From assembly GCA_037724245.1 (NCBI GenBank), contig JBBJOX010000002.1, forward strand, positions 1-32,296: a stretch of 32,296 nt of DNA, written 5' to 3'. The first letter of the stretch is position 1; the number at the start of each line of letters is the position of its first letter. Of the stretch, positions 1 to 9,496 are shown piece after piece. Origin of the DNA: Thermomicrobiales bacterium (GTDB taxonomy: Bacteria > Chloroflexota > Chloroflexia > Thermomicrobiales > UBA6265). Both the position numbers and the translations under genes were made by a program. Under the pieces are notes generated by a model. It searched no databases and was not told where the DNA came from. It was given only the letters and a program-made list of their open reading frames with translations.

Positions 1-713
1 GGAGTGGCGGCGGTGAGTTCAGTGAGAATCGCGTTCAGCACATCAACTTCGGCCTGCTGGGCGGGGATGACGCGCTCGGCAATGGTTTTGATTTCCGGAT
101 GAACGGCCATCGTCAGCGCGTCCTGTGATACTAGGATCGCCATTTTGTGATGCGGGATAACCTGCTGCACGAAAGCGAGATCAGGATTGTCGGCGGCGCA
201 GAATGTCTCGACCTGCCAGTCAGCGCTCATTACGTTGCCCCATTCCTCCATCGGCACCGACCATGTCGTCAGCGAAGGAAACGCGGTGTGCATCGACTCG
301 TGATCGTTGGGATCGCCGATCGCCGAATCTGGGTAGAACTGGTCGCGCAGCGTCTGAAGTTCCTGCATCTCGGCGGTTTGGGATTCGATAATATCGGCCG
401 ATATGTCGATCAGGCGCTGATCGGTCAGTGTCGATTGAGCAATCTCGGCGAGCGCGATGATGCTGCCATGGTGCGGGATCATCATATCGATGTAGGAAAG
501 ATCGAACTCGATCTCGGCCATCATCTCATGATCACCCATATCCATGTTCATGGGTGCCGGGGTGGCCGACGACAGCATGTCGCCACAGGCTGCCATTGCC
601 CCCGGTGTTGCATGATCGGTGGCGCTAACGGATGCGGGAATGGCAACCACCAGCATCGATGTGGCAATCGCGAAACCTGTGAGCGTGGTGCGGAACGATC
701 GTCTCTCAGTCAT
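1..713 (-). CDS. DUF305 family secreted protein (copper-stress associated); C-terminus cut by window edge
   Basis: Absent from the ORF track because it runs off the left edge. My reverse translation from ATG 713 (RBS GGAGGT 7 nt upstream) gives MTERRSFRTTLTGFAIATSMLVVAIPASVSATDHA..., a signal peptide. Two DUF305-type motifs follow: MIPHHGSIIALAE and VIPHHKMAIL. It lies immediately downstream of a P1B ATPase. Confidence 0.8.
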   Translation of the reverse strand, partial: MTERRSFRTTLTGFAIATSMLVVAIPASVSATDHATPGAMAACGDMLSSATPAPMNMDMGDHEMMAEIEFDLSYIDMMIPHHGSIIALAEIAQSTLTDQRLIDISADIIESQTAEMQELQTLRDQFYPDSAIGDPNDHESMHTAFPSLTTWSVPMEEWGNVMSADWQVETFCAADNPDLAFVQQVIPHHKMAILVSQDALTMAVHPEIKTIAERVIPAQQAEVDVLNAILTELTAAT

Positions 714-735
714 GATTGTGACCTCCTTCATTTCT

Positions 736-760
736 AACATACCCTATATGGGTAGTGGTA

Positions 761-764
<4 letters not shown>
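736..764 (-). promoter_or_regulatory. sigma70-type promoter with operator palindrome in the spacer (upstream of the DUF305 gene)
   Basis: Minus strand reads TTGATA(759-764)-17 nt-TATGTT(736-741). The spacer contains the palindrome TACCC-ATATA-GGGTA (740-754). The -35 overlaps the copB stop codon. Confidence 0.6.
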
Positions 765-2788
<2,024 letters not shown>

Positions 2789-2827
2789 GTTGGGAGACCC
2801 TTCACTGATCGGTCCTGTTCTCGTCCA

Positions 2828-2856
2828 ACTATACCCATAGGGGGTATATTAGTCAA
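2828..2856 (-). promoter_or_regulatory. sigma70-type promoter with operator palindrome in the spacer (upstream of copB)
   Basis: Minus strand reads TTGACT(2851-2856)-17 nt-TATAGT(2828-2833). The spacer and -10 contain TATACCC-N5-GGGTATA (2830-2848). This is the same architecture as at 736-764. Confidence 0.65.
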
Positions 2857-2957
2857 CATGGCAGGACGTATGGTGAAGGATTCGTGGGATATGGGTGGCT
2901 GTGAATGTGCCACGCTGTGAACTATTGGCTTGACCCGGGGTGCAAACAGGAGGTGGG

Positions 2958-4403
2958 TCAGGTCGAACTGCCTCGGGCGACTCGCGGGCGCAGGTTCATC
3001 GAGTCGAGCGCGGCGACGAGGGCGGCGCTGATCACGAGATCGTCGTGGCCATCGCTCTCGGGTACGGACCAGCGCAGGATGTTGCCAGGCCCGTTCATCA
3101 CCTGAAACGTCGTCGCCCGCATCTGGGCAAGGAATTCACGCGATTCGATCGCGTCATCGAACCGATAGTCACGAAAGCGGCCGGCGTCGATCAGGCCAAT
3201 GAAATCCCAGCCGAGCTGACTCTTGCTCGATCCCGTGAACAGGAATGGCAAGACGCGGATGCCACCTCGATCCAGCGTTGCCGCCAGAAACGAGGCCAGA
3301 CCGGCACCGATCCCGGTGGCATCGACGATCAACCAGGATGCCTTCCAGATGTTCCGGGCCAGATCGATGATCGTCTCGTGAAGCGCCGCATGACGCTGCC
3401 CGGTCCAGAGCCGACGGTCGACGACGCGATACACGGCGCGACCATCGGGACGTTCCTGCGTGTCGACCTCGACCACGGTCAATGCCGTGCTGTCGCGGCG
3501 CGAGCTGCTGGCGAAGGCGAGTGGCCCGCTTCCGGTTTCTTCCTCACCGGCAACATCGAGGAGCAGGGCATAACGCTTCCCCGGTGTGCCAGAGGTCTGG
3601 CGAGGGTGATCGCCTTGCATCTGGGCGAGACGATGCTCCGGGAAAAGACCGCCATCGCTGTCCAGTTCCTCCAGGCAGTACTCGGTGCGAACAAAGGGAT
3701 GTTCCTCCCCAAGTTGCTGCATGCGTGCCCGCACTCGCTCTCCGTAGACCGGAACATCTGCTGCCACGATTTGCCATGGAACGAGAAAAACACGCTGCGT
3801 GCCGTCGCGCGCTTCGAGGATGCGAAGGTGTCGCATCTGCCGCGCGAGCAAGGTCGAACTGCTCCAGACTGTGCCCAGAAAGAGGGTTGTGGCGTTGGTA
3901 CTGGCCGCCATCGGATCGAACACGGCGTCCCAGACATCCGGTTGAATGTCCTGCGCCTCGTTGGCGACCAGCAGGAGATCGGCAGTTTGGCCACGGGCGT
4001 TGGCTCCGGGCGCTGCCGAAACGAACCTCGCCCTGGCCCGACCGATCTGCGTGATTCCAGCGGCCGTACTCGTCAAGCAGGCAGTCAATGGATTCCCGCG
4101 CAGGCGATCGCGCAGGCGATCGCGGCTGAGTTCCGCCTGCGGTCTCAGCGTCGGTGCCGCAACCACGATCGTGCCGCCACGCTGTGAAAACCTCAACAGC
4201 AAAAGTGCCGTCAGTTGCGCCAGCATCTCGTCCTTGCCGGCCTGGCGCGAAAAGACGATCGCGAACTGGTGTCCGCGCTGGTTAATCACGCTGTCGAGGA
4301 TCGCCTGAGCCGGGATCTGCTGATAGGGGCGCAGGGTGTGCGACATCAGCAATGACGAGAAGATATCGATGTCGCTGACCAGTCGATGAATTGCCCGGTT
4401 CAC
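2958..4403 (-). CDS. phage terminase large subunit (TerL)-like ATPase/nuclease, orphan
   Basis: 481 aa. Deviant Walker A FSRQAGKDE, Walker B-like DLLLVANEAQD, then RNaseH-like nuclease motifs ALLLDVAG, WLIVDATGIGAGLASFL and DGHDDLVISAALVA. The GTG start overlaps the upstream stop (GTGA). Confidence 0.8.
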   Translation of the reverse strand: MNRAIHRLVSDIDIFSSLLMSHTLRPYQQIPAQAILDSVINQRGHQFAIVFSRQAGKDEMLAQLTALLLLRFSQRGGTIVVAAPTLRPQAELSRDRLRDRLRGNPLTACLTSTAAGITQIGRARARFVSAAPGANARGQTADLLLVANEAQDIQPDVWDAVFDPMAASTNATTLFLGTVWSSSTLLARQMRHLRILEARDGTQRVFLVPWQIVAADVPVYGERVRARMQQLGEEHPFVRTEYCLEELDSDGGLFPEHRLAQMQGDHPRQTSGTPGKRYALLLDVAGEEETGSGPLAFASSSRRDSTALTVVEVDTQERPDGRAVYRVVDRRLWTGQRHAALHETIIDLARNIWKASWLIVDATGIGAGLASFLAATLDRGGIRVLPFLFTGSSKSQLGWDFIGLIDAGRFRDYRFDDAIESREFLAQMRATTFQVMNGPGNILRWSVPESDGHDDLVISAALVAALDSMNLRPRVARGSST

Positions 4404-4672
4404 CCGCCAAGCACACGGCTGACGATATCGATCACGATCGCGCCGATAAGCACGAACACGAGATTGTTCAGTTTGCTCTTGATGTCGCGCACATCTTCGG
4501 AAATCGATTCGACCATCTGCCGGGTCACCATTTCGTAGCCGGATGGTTCATGCGAGGTCGAGCCCTGGTTAGGGTTGGCCTGTTGCAGCCGGCGGATACG
4601 TTCGACCTGGGCGCGGAGGGCATCACCCGACGGATCGCGGTGGGTTCCGCCGGGAAGCAGGGTGAGCGTCAT
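4400..4672 (-). CDS. small tail-anchored membrane protein, coiled-coil N-terminus plus one C-terminal TM (XhlA-like architecture)
   Basis: 90 aa. The polar/charged N-terminal part (ALRAQVERIRRLQQ, SEDVRDIKSKLNN) is followed by LVFVLIGAIVIDIVSRVLGG. ATGA overlap with the upstream gene and GTGA overlap with the TerL-like gene. RBS AAAGGA. Confidence 0.6.
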   Translation of the reverse strand: MTLTLLPGGTHRDPSGDALRAQVERIRRLQQANPNQGSTSHEPSGYEMVTRQMVESISEDVRDIKSKLNNLVFVLIGAIVIDIVSRVLGG

Positions 4673-5082
4673 TGCTGATCCTTTCGGGGGTGATCGATCG
4701 GATTCGTAATCGGCGCCAATCCGCCGAGTTCATCCAGCGCCTTGCTGAGTTCGTCGAGAATGTCGCTGGCCGATTGGCCGGTGAGTTCGTGGTGGGCCTG
4801 AACGGTACGCAACGTGACCGAGACGACGCGAGCGACGTTCATGGCGAGTCGGTTCAGGTCGTCTTCCTCGGCCAGTAATCGGGCGAGGACGACGCGCAGC
4901 GAGCCAATTTCCTCGGACAGACCGAGTTCGGCGAATTGCTCGACGGCCTGGGAGAAGATCGAATTGAGATGTTCGCCGTAGAGTGCTCGATAGTTTCCGT
5001 CCTGCAGACGCTGCACGAATTCCTGACGACGGGCCAAGGCGTTTGCCCGCGCGGTCGCGTTGGTGGTGGTTTTGGCTGACAT
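4669..5082 (-). CDS. hypothetical all-helical protein, first gene of the TerL-like operon (a TerS-like role is possible but unsupported)
   Basis: 137 aa with protein-like composition. A strong RBS (GGAGGGA) lies just upstream of the ATG, and the stop overlaps the next start (ATGA). I recognise no motif. Confidence 0.6.
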   Translation of the reverse strand: MSAKTTTNATARANALARRQEFVQRLQDGNYRALYGEHLNSIFSQAVEQFAELGLSEEIGSLRVVLARLLAEEDDLNRLAMNVARVVSVTLRTVQAHHELTGQSASDILDELSKALDELGGLAPITNPIDHPRKDQQ

Positions 5083-5100
5083 GGTCCCTCCGGAGTGAAC

Positions 5101-5114
5101 AGAACATATGTTCT
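5101..5114. promoter_or_regulatory. LexA (SOS) box, Gram-positive/Cheo type GAAC-N4-GTTC
   Basis: Perfect 14-bp palindrome AGAACATATGTTCT, 18 nt upstream of the ATG at 5082. Extra GAAC/GTTC half-sites occur at 5097-5100, 5121-5124 and 5133-5136. Confidence 0.6.
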
Positions 5115-5383
5115 ATTTCTGTTCTGATATTCGAACGCGCTGCCGGGTGCGGTCTGCGCCAGACGAACCCGTGCCTCGTGCACTCGCTACCGGATCGAGG
5201 GAACCACTGGCAACCCTGACGCGTTTAGACCTTGATTGCAGCGATGTCGCGACACATCGAACGCATGACTTTCGTTCGCAGCGGGGTACCGAAACGTCGA
5301 TGAGACGCCTGAAGTACCATTGCTTGCTGCGAACCGCCTTATCGGTCGCACGGGTCTTATTTGGAGAAGGAGGGATCATCTCC

Positions 5384-5941
5384 ATGCGGAAACTTTTGAC
5401 AGGTCTGTTCGCATTACTGATGCTCATCGGGAGCTCAGCTGGTGTGATGGCCGCGCAAGACGACGAAGCAACACCGGCAGACGATACAACTGCCGAAGCT
5501 GGCGAAGTGAATCCACGGGATCCACAGATTGGTGATCCGGTCATCTATTACAGTGAAGAGGGTGATCCTGTTGCCCAGTTCACGGTGACCGCCGTCGAAG
5601 CTGGCTGGGAGGGATACGATGAGTATTCCGAGCCACCTGCTGGGTCGCAGTATGTTGTGGTCTCGATGTCAGTCGAAAACCTGACCGAGCGCAGCACCTT
5701 CGAAGTCAGTGAGTATCGCTTCAGCGTTCAGGACAACCTTGGTTACCTCTATGGTTCGCCATACGTGAGCCCCGAGGAAGATCTGGATCCACCGCTGATC
5801 GAGAGTGATATCTCGCTCGAAGGTGAAGCCGTCGAAGAGTTCTCGCTCGTCTTCCTCGTGTACGAAGATATTGGCCTGAACTACCTCTACTACTCGGACA
5901 GCGGAATTCTGCTAACCCTGGTTGATCTCTCGGAGATCTAG
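5384..5941 (+). CDS. secreted DUF4352-like beta-sandwich protein
   Basis: An internal ATG at 5384, preceded by GGAGAAGGAGGGA, gives MRKLLTGLFALLMLIGSSAGVMAAQDD, a signal peptide. The body fits the DUF4352 pattern (GDPV..., QYVVVSMSVENLTERSTFEVSEYRFSVQDNLGYLYG). The upstream 92 codons of the track ORF are Arg-rich and not protein-like. Confidence 0.75.
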   Translation: MRKLLTGLFALLMLIGSSAGVMAAQDDEATPADDTTAEAGEVNPRDPQIGDPVIYYSEEGDPVAQFTVTAVEAGWEGYDEYSEPPAGSQYVVVSMSVENLTERSTFEVSEYRFSVQDNLGYLYGSPYVSPEEDLDPPLIESDISLEGEAVEEFSLVFLVYEDIGLNYLYYSDSGILLTLVDLSEI

Positions 5942-5971
5942 GCTCATCCAATCCGATGAACGCCACAGCCT

Positions 5972-5994
5972 CGCGACCTTGCTACAAGGTCGCG
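5972..5994 (+). terminator. hairpin between the two DUF4352 paralogs (possible attenuating terminator)
   Basis: CGCGACCTT-GCTAC-AAGGTCGCG, a perfect 9-bp stem. There is no clear T-tract. Confidence 0.3.
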
Positions 5995-6049
5995 GGGCTC
6001 TCCATCCAATCTCACCATTGCATCATTCATCGATACAGGAGATTCATCT

Positions 6050-6598
6050 ATGCGACGCTTGTTCGGAGGACTGCTGATTCTGATAGTTGCGGCCGCGCTG
6101 ATGCTTCCCGGATCAATGACTGCGGCAACACTCCAGGAATCGACACCTGTTTCCCGCGGTGGCGGGGATGTTCAGCCGGGAGAACCGGTTTCCTACATCA
6201 GTGAATCCGGAAGTGAAATAGCGACGCTCCAGGTAACGCAAGTTGTGCGACCCTGGGACGAATTTGATGAATTCTATGAGCCGACAACCGGTACCGAATA
6301 TGTTGCCTTTCAAATAGAAGTGACCCACCTTGGTCGACGCGGCGATCTCGTGATTCGCGGATCCGACTTCCGACTCCAGGATGTCGATGGATTTCTGATC
6401 GGCGAGGCGTTTGCCAATGCCGTCGATGATGCGGAACTGGCGCCGACCGAAGATGATTTGGCGATCCCATCCGGGGAAACCATGCAGGTTGTCGTGGTCT
6501 TTCAGATAATCGAGGGAATCGATCTCAGCAATCTCTACTGGCTTCCCGAATACGACCGAATGATTACCGTGGCCGATCTTTCCAGCCCCGAGGAGTAG
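6050..6598 (+). CDS. secreted DUF4352-like beta-sandwich protein (paralog of 5384-5941)
   Basis: 182 aa. Signal peptide MRRLFGGLLILIVAAALMLPGSMTAA, and the same layout as the upstream gene (GEPVSYISESGSEIATLQVTQV..., EYVAFQIEVTHLGRRGDLVIRGSDFRLQDVDGFLIG). RBS CAGGAG. Confidence 0.8.
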   Translation: MRRLFGGLLILIVAAALMLPGSMTAATLQESTPVSRGGGDVQPGEPVSYISESGSEIATLQVTQVVRPWDEFDEFYEPTTGTEYVAFQIEVTHLGRRGDLVIRGSDFRLQDVDGFLIGEAFANAVDDAELAPTEDDLAIPSGETMQVVVVFQIIEGIDLSNLYWLPEYDRMITVADLSSPEE

Positions 6599-6761
6599 CC
6601 TCGTGGTGCGTCGGTCGCCTCGGTGACGGAACGCACGGATTCAATCGCGGACGATCCGGCTATCGTGCGACAATACGGATTCAGAAACGCGTTCAGGGTT
6701 CCCGGCCAGCTCGTCATCCGGACCCTGTTGTCGCATGGTCGTCTACCCCCGGGGAAAGTTT

Positions 6762-7769
6762 GTGCGCATTACCATCGTTGGCGCTGGTGCCATGGGATCC
6801 CTGCTCACAGCGCGTCTGATCCATGCGATGGCCGAGGGTTCGACTGCCGATTCCGATCAGACGATCGAACGCGTCGTGCTGTTCGGTCGCCCTTCCGAGC
6901 ATCTCGAGGAAGTGGCCGCCAACGGCCTGACCCTGACCGAGCGCGATGGTACCGTTCGCAATTGGAAGATTCCGGTCACCAGCAATCCGAAAGATGCCGA
7001 AGGCAGCGATCTGGTGGTGGTTCTGGTCAAGGCCTGGGCTTCGGCCGAGGCGATTTCTCCACTCCGCACAGTGCTCAATCGGGATGCGGTGGTGCTAACG
7101 CTGCAGAATGGTCTCGGTAATTCCGCGTCGTTGCGAAGTGCCCTGCTGAACGAAGGTGTGCGCCCCCACGTCTGGCTGGGTGTGACCACGCAAGCCGCGA
7201 TCCGCACCGCTCCAGGACACGTTACCCACACCGGTGCCGGAATTACCGCGATTGGACGGCGTACCTCCAGTGCGAACTCGCAGTTGCGGCAATATGGTTC
7301 AGTGCTCAGTTCTGCCGATTGGCAAACCGTAGCGGTGGACGATATTCATCGCTGGGTGTGGCGCAAGTTAGCCGTGAATGCCGCAATCAATCCACTGACA
7401 GCGCTGGCCGGTGTTGAAAACTCGGCGATTGCTACTGATCCGGCATTGCGGCAGGCGGCCTCGGCCCTCGCCTCGGAAGTCGTAGCTGTGGCGGAAGCGC
7501 ATCAGGTCGCGATCGATCGCAACGAGATCCTGGCTGCCGTGGACGACGTGGCACGGGCAACCGGATCGAATCGCTCATCGATGCTGGTCGATCTCGAAAC
7601 CGGGCAACGCACCGAGATCGATGCAATTAACGGTGCGGTCATTTCAGAAGCGATTCGGGTCGGGGTTCGCGTTCCCGCCAATCAGTTGGTGACGGCGCTG
7701 GTTCGCGCCCGCGAACGACAGAACCGGGCGAATCCACTGGCAGCACCCGTCGATGTCGACAGCAATTGA
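6762..7769 (+). CDS. panE: 2-dehydropantoate 2-reductase (ketopantoate reductase)
   Basis: Rossmann motif ITIVGAGAMGS at the N-terminus, with an ApbA/PanE-like body. I prefer GTG 6762 (RBS GGGGAAAG); the alternative ATG at 6735 adds 9 codons. Confidence 0.85.
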   Translation: MRITIVGAGAMGSLLTARLIHAMAEGSTADSDQTIERVVLFGRPSEHLEEVAANGLTLTERDGTVRNWKIPVTSNPKDAEGSDLVVVLVKAWASAEAISPLRTVLNRDAVVLTLQNGLGNSASLRSALLNEGVRPHVWLGVTTQAAIRTAPGHVTHTGAGITAIGRRTSSANSQLRQYGSVLSSADWQTVAVDDIHRWVWRKLAVNAAINPLTALAGVENSAIATDPALRQAASALASEVVAVAEAHQVAIDRNEILAAVDDVARATGSNRSSMLVDLETGQRTEIDAINGAVISEAIRVGVRVPANQLVTALVRARERQNRANPLAAPVDVDSN

Positions 7770-7778
7770 CACGGTCTC

Positions 7779-8660
7779 ATGACGCAATCAGCTGACAATC
7801 CACCGCGCAAGCGGCGACCGATGACGGTGCCACTCCTTCGCTCGACGAAGGTCCGCAACGGTGCCGTTCCGTTGACGATGGTGACGGCCTACGACGCACC
7901 GACAGCGGCCCTGGCCGACAGGGCCGGGATCGATCTGTTGCTTGTCGGCGATTCGGTGGGCACGGCAGTCCTCGGATTCGACAGCACGGTGCCGGTGACA
8001 CTGGAGATGATGCTGCATCACCTTGCCGCCACCCGTCGCGGTGTGCCAACAGCGCACATCGTCGCCGATTTACCGTTTGGCTCGTACCAGTCAGGAACCG
8101 AACGCGCCATCGAAAGTGCAGTGGCCCTGATCAAGGGTGGTGCCGACGCGGTCAAACTCGAAGGTGGAGGGATGATCGCCGGTCGCATCCAGGCAATCGT
8201 CGATGCCGGCATCCCGGTCGTCGGACATATCGGACTGACTCCGCAAACGGCCGGTGCCCTTGGGGGATACCGATTGCAGGGACGCGACCTGGACAGCGCC
8301 AGGCACTTACTTGACGATGCGGCGGCGATTGAGGCGGCCGGAGCTTATGCGATCATTGTTGAAGTGGTGCCATCGTTGCTGGGCAAACTGATCACCGATG
8401 CGCTGACGATACCCGTGATCGGGATTGGTGCCGGGCCGGATACCGATGGCCAGATTCTGGTCTGGACCGATCTTGCCGGGCTGACCCAGGGACATACCGC
8501 TCGCTTCGTCCGCAAATACGCCGACCTCTCGTCGATTCTGGAAGATGCCTTCGCCGACTTTGCCTCGGATGTGAGGAACCGGACCTACCCAGCCCCGGAA
8601 CACGAGTATCCGACGCCGGACGAGTTGCTGGCGCTTGCGCCGATCGATCCTGACGCATGA
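7779..8660 (+). CDS. panB: 3-methyl-2-oxobutanoate hydroxymethyltransferase
   Basis: 293 aa with typical PanB motifs: VTAYDAPTAALADRAGIDLLLVGDSVG, VVADLPFGSY, VKLEGG. Confidence 0.95.
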   Translation: MTQSADNPPRKRRPMTVPLLRSTKVRNGAVPLTMVTAYDAPTAALADRAGIDLLLVGDSVGTAVLGFDSTVPVTLEMMLHHLAATRRGVPTAHIVADLPFGSYQSGTERAIESAVALIKGGADAVKLEGGGMIAGRIQAIVDAGIPVVGHIGLTPQTAGALGGYRLQGRDLDSARHLLDDAAAIEAAGAYAIIVEVVPSLLGKLITDALTIPVIGIGAGPDTDGQILVWTDLAGLTQGHTARFVRKYADLSSILEDAFADFASDVRNRTYPAPEHEYPTPDELLALAPIDPDA

Positions 8661-9496
8661 CCAAGATTCTGCGAACGTTGGCCGATTTGCGGGTTTGGCG
8701 CGCCGATCGGCGGGGGGTCGGGCTGGTGCCGACGATGGGTGCCTTGCACGCCGGACATCGTTCGCTGATCGAACGAGCGACGAACGGGAATGGCGAAATC
8801 GTCGTCAGTATCTTTGTCAATCCAGCCCAGTTCACGAATGCGGACGATCTGGCCCGCTACCCGCGCGATCTTGATGCCGATGCCGAGATCGTCGCCGAAG
8901 CGGGCGGTACGGCGATCTACGCGCCCGACGCGAGCGAAATGTATCCAGCCGGCTTCGCCACCTGTGTTTCGGTGACTGGCGTAACCGAGGATTACGAAGG
9001 TGAGGCGCGCCCCGGCCATTTTGATGGTGTGGCGACCGTCGTCACAATTCTGCTCAATCAGGTACGCCCGGATCGAAGCTATTTCGGTGAGAAAGACTTC
9101 CAGCAATTGGCGATGATTCGGCGAATGCACCGGGATCTCTCGCTCCCCGGGGAGATCATCGAATGTCCGACCGTGCGCGATCATGATGGATTGGCGCTGA
9201 GTTCGCGCAACAGTCGATTGTCGGAATCCGGACGCCAGGCCGCGCTCGTGCTCAGCAGTACGCTGTTCGCGATGCGGGATCATGCGCTGGACAATCTGGA
9301 ATCTCCGAGGCGATTGACGGTCATGGGGGCGGTGCTGATTAGCGCAAACCCTGCTGTTGCCCTCGACTATCTCGAAATAGTCGATCCGGCGACGCTCGAT
9401 CCTGTCGATGCGCTGGCTCAAGGCTCCCGCGCGCTGGTTGCAGCAACGGTGGACGGAGTACGTGTGATCGATACGATCGAACTGATCCCCCGGTGA
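8657..9496 (+). CDS. panC: pantoate--beta-alanine ligase
   Basis: 279 aa. GLVPTMGALHAGHRSLI (HIGH-like motif) and IFVNPAQF. ATGA overlap with panB. Confidence 0.95.
   Translation: MTKILRTLADLRVWRADRRGVGLVPTMGALHAGHRSLIERATNGNGEIVVSIFVNPAQFTNADDLARYPRDLDADAEIVAEAGGTAIYAPDASEMYPAGFATCVSVTGVTEDYEGEARPGHFDGVATVVTILLNQVRPDRSYFGEKDFQQLAMIRRMHRDLSLPGEIIECPTVRDHDGLALSSRNSRLSESGRQAALVLSSTLFAMRDHALDNLESPRRLTVMGAVLISANPAVALDYLEIVDPATLDPVDALAQGSRALVAATVDGVRVIDTIELIPR

Noticed and set aside
147-737. 196-aa plus-strand ORF at the left edge
   Set aside because: It is antisense to the DUF305 reading frame, which has an RBS, a signal peptide and HH motifs. The plus-strand translation is Cys/Arg/His-rich nonsense.
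5108-5383. 92-codon extension upstream of the first DUF4352 gene
   Set aside because: It would start inside the LexA box and is Arg-rich. The internal ATG at 5384 has a strong RBS and is immediately followed by a signal peptide.
2789-6761. Direct repeats or att-like duplications bounding the TerL/DUF4352 block
   Set aside because: Comparing 2789-2957 with 6599-6761, I found only short matches of 7 nt or less (e.g. CCCGGGG). I found no integrase and no tRNA.
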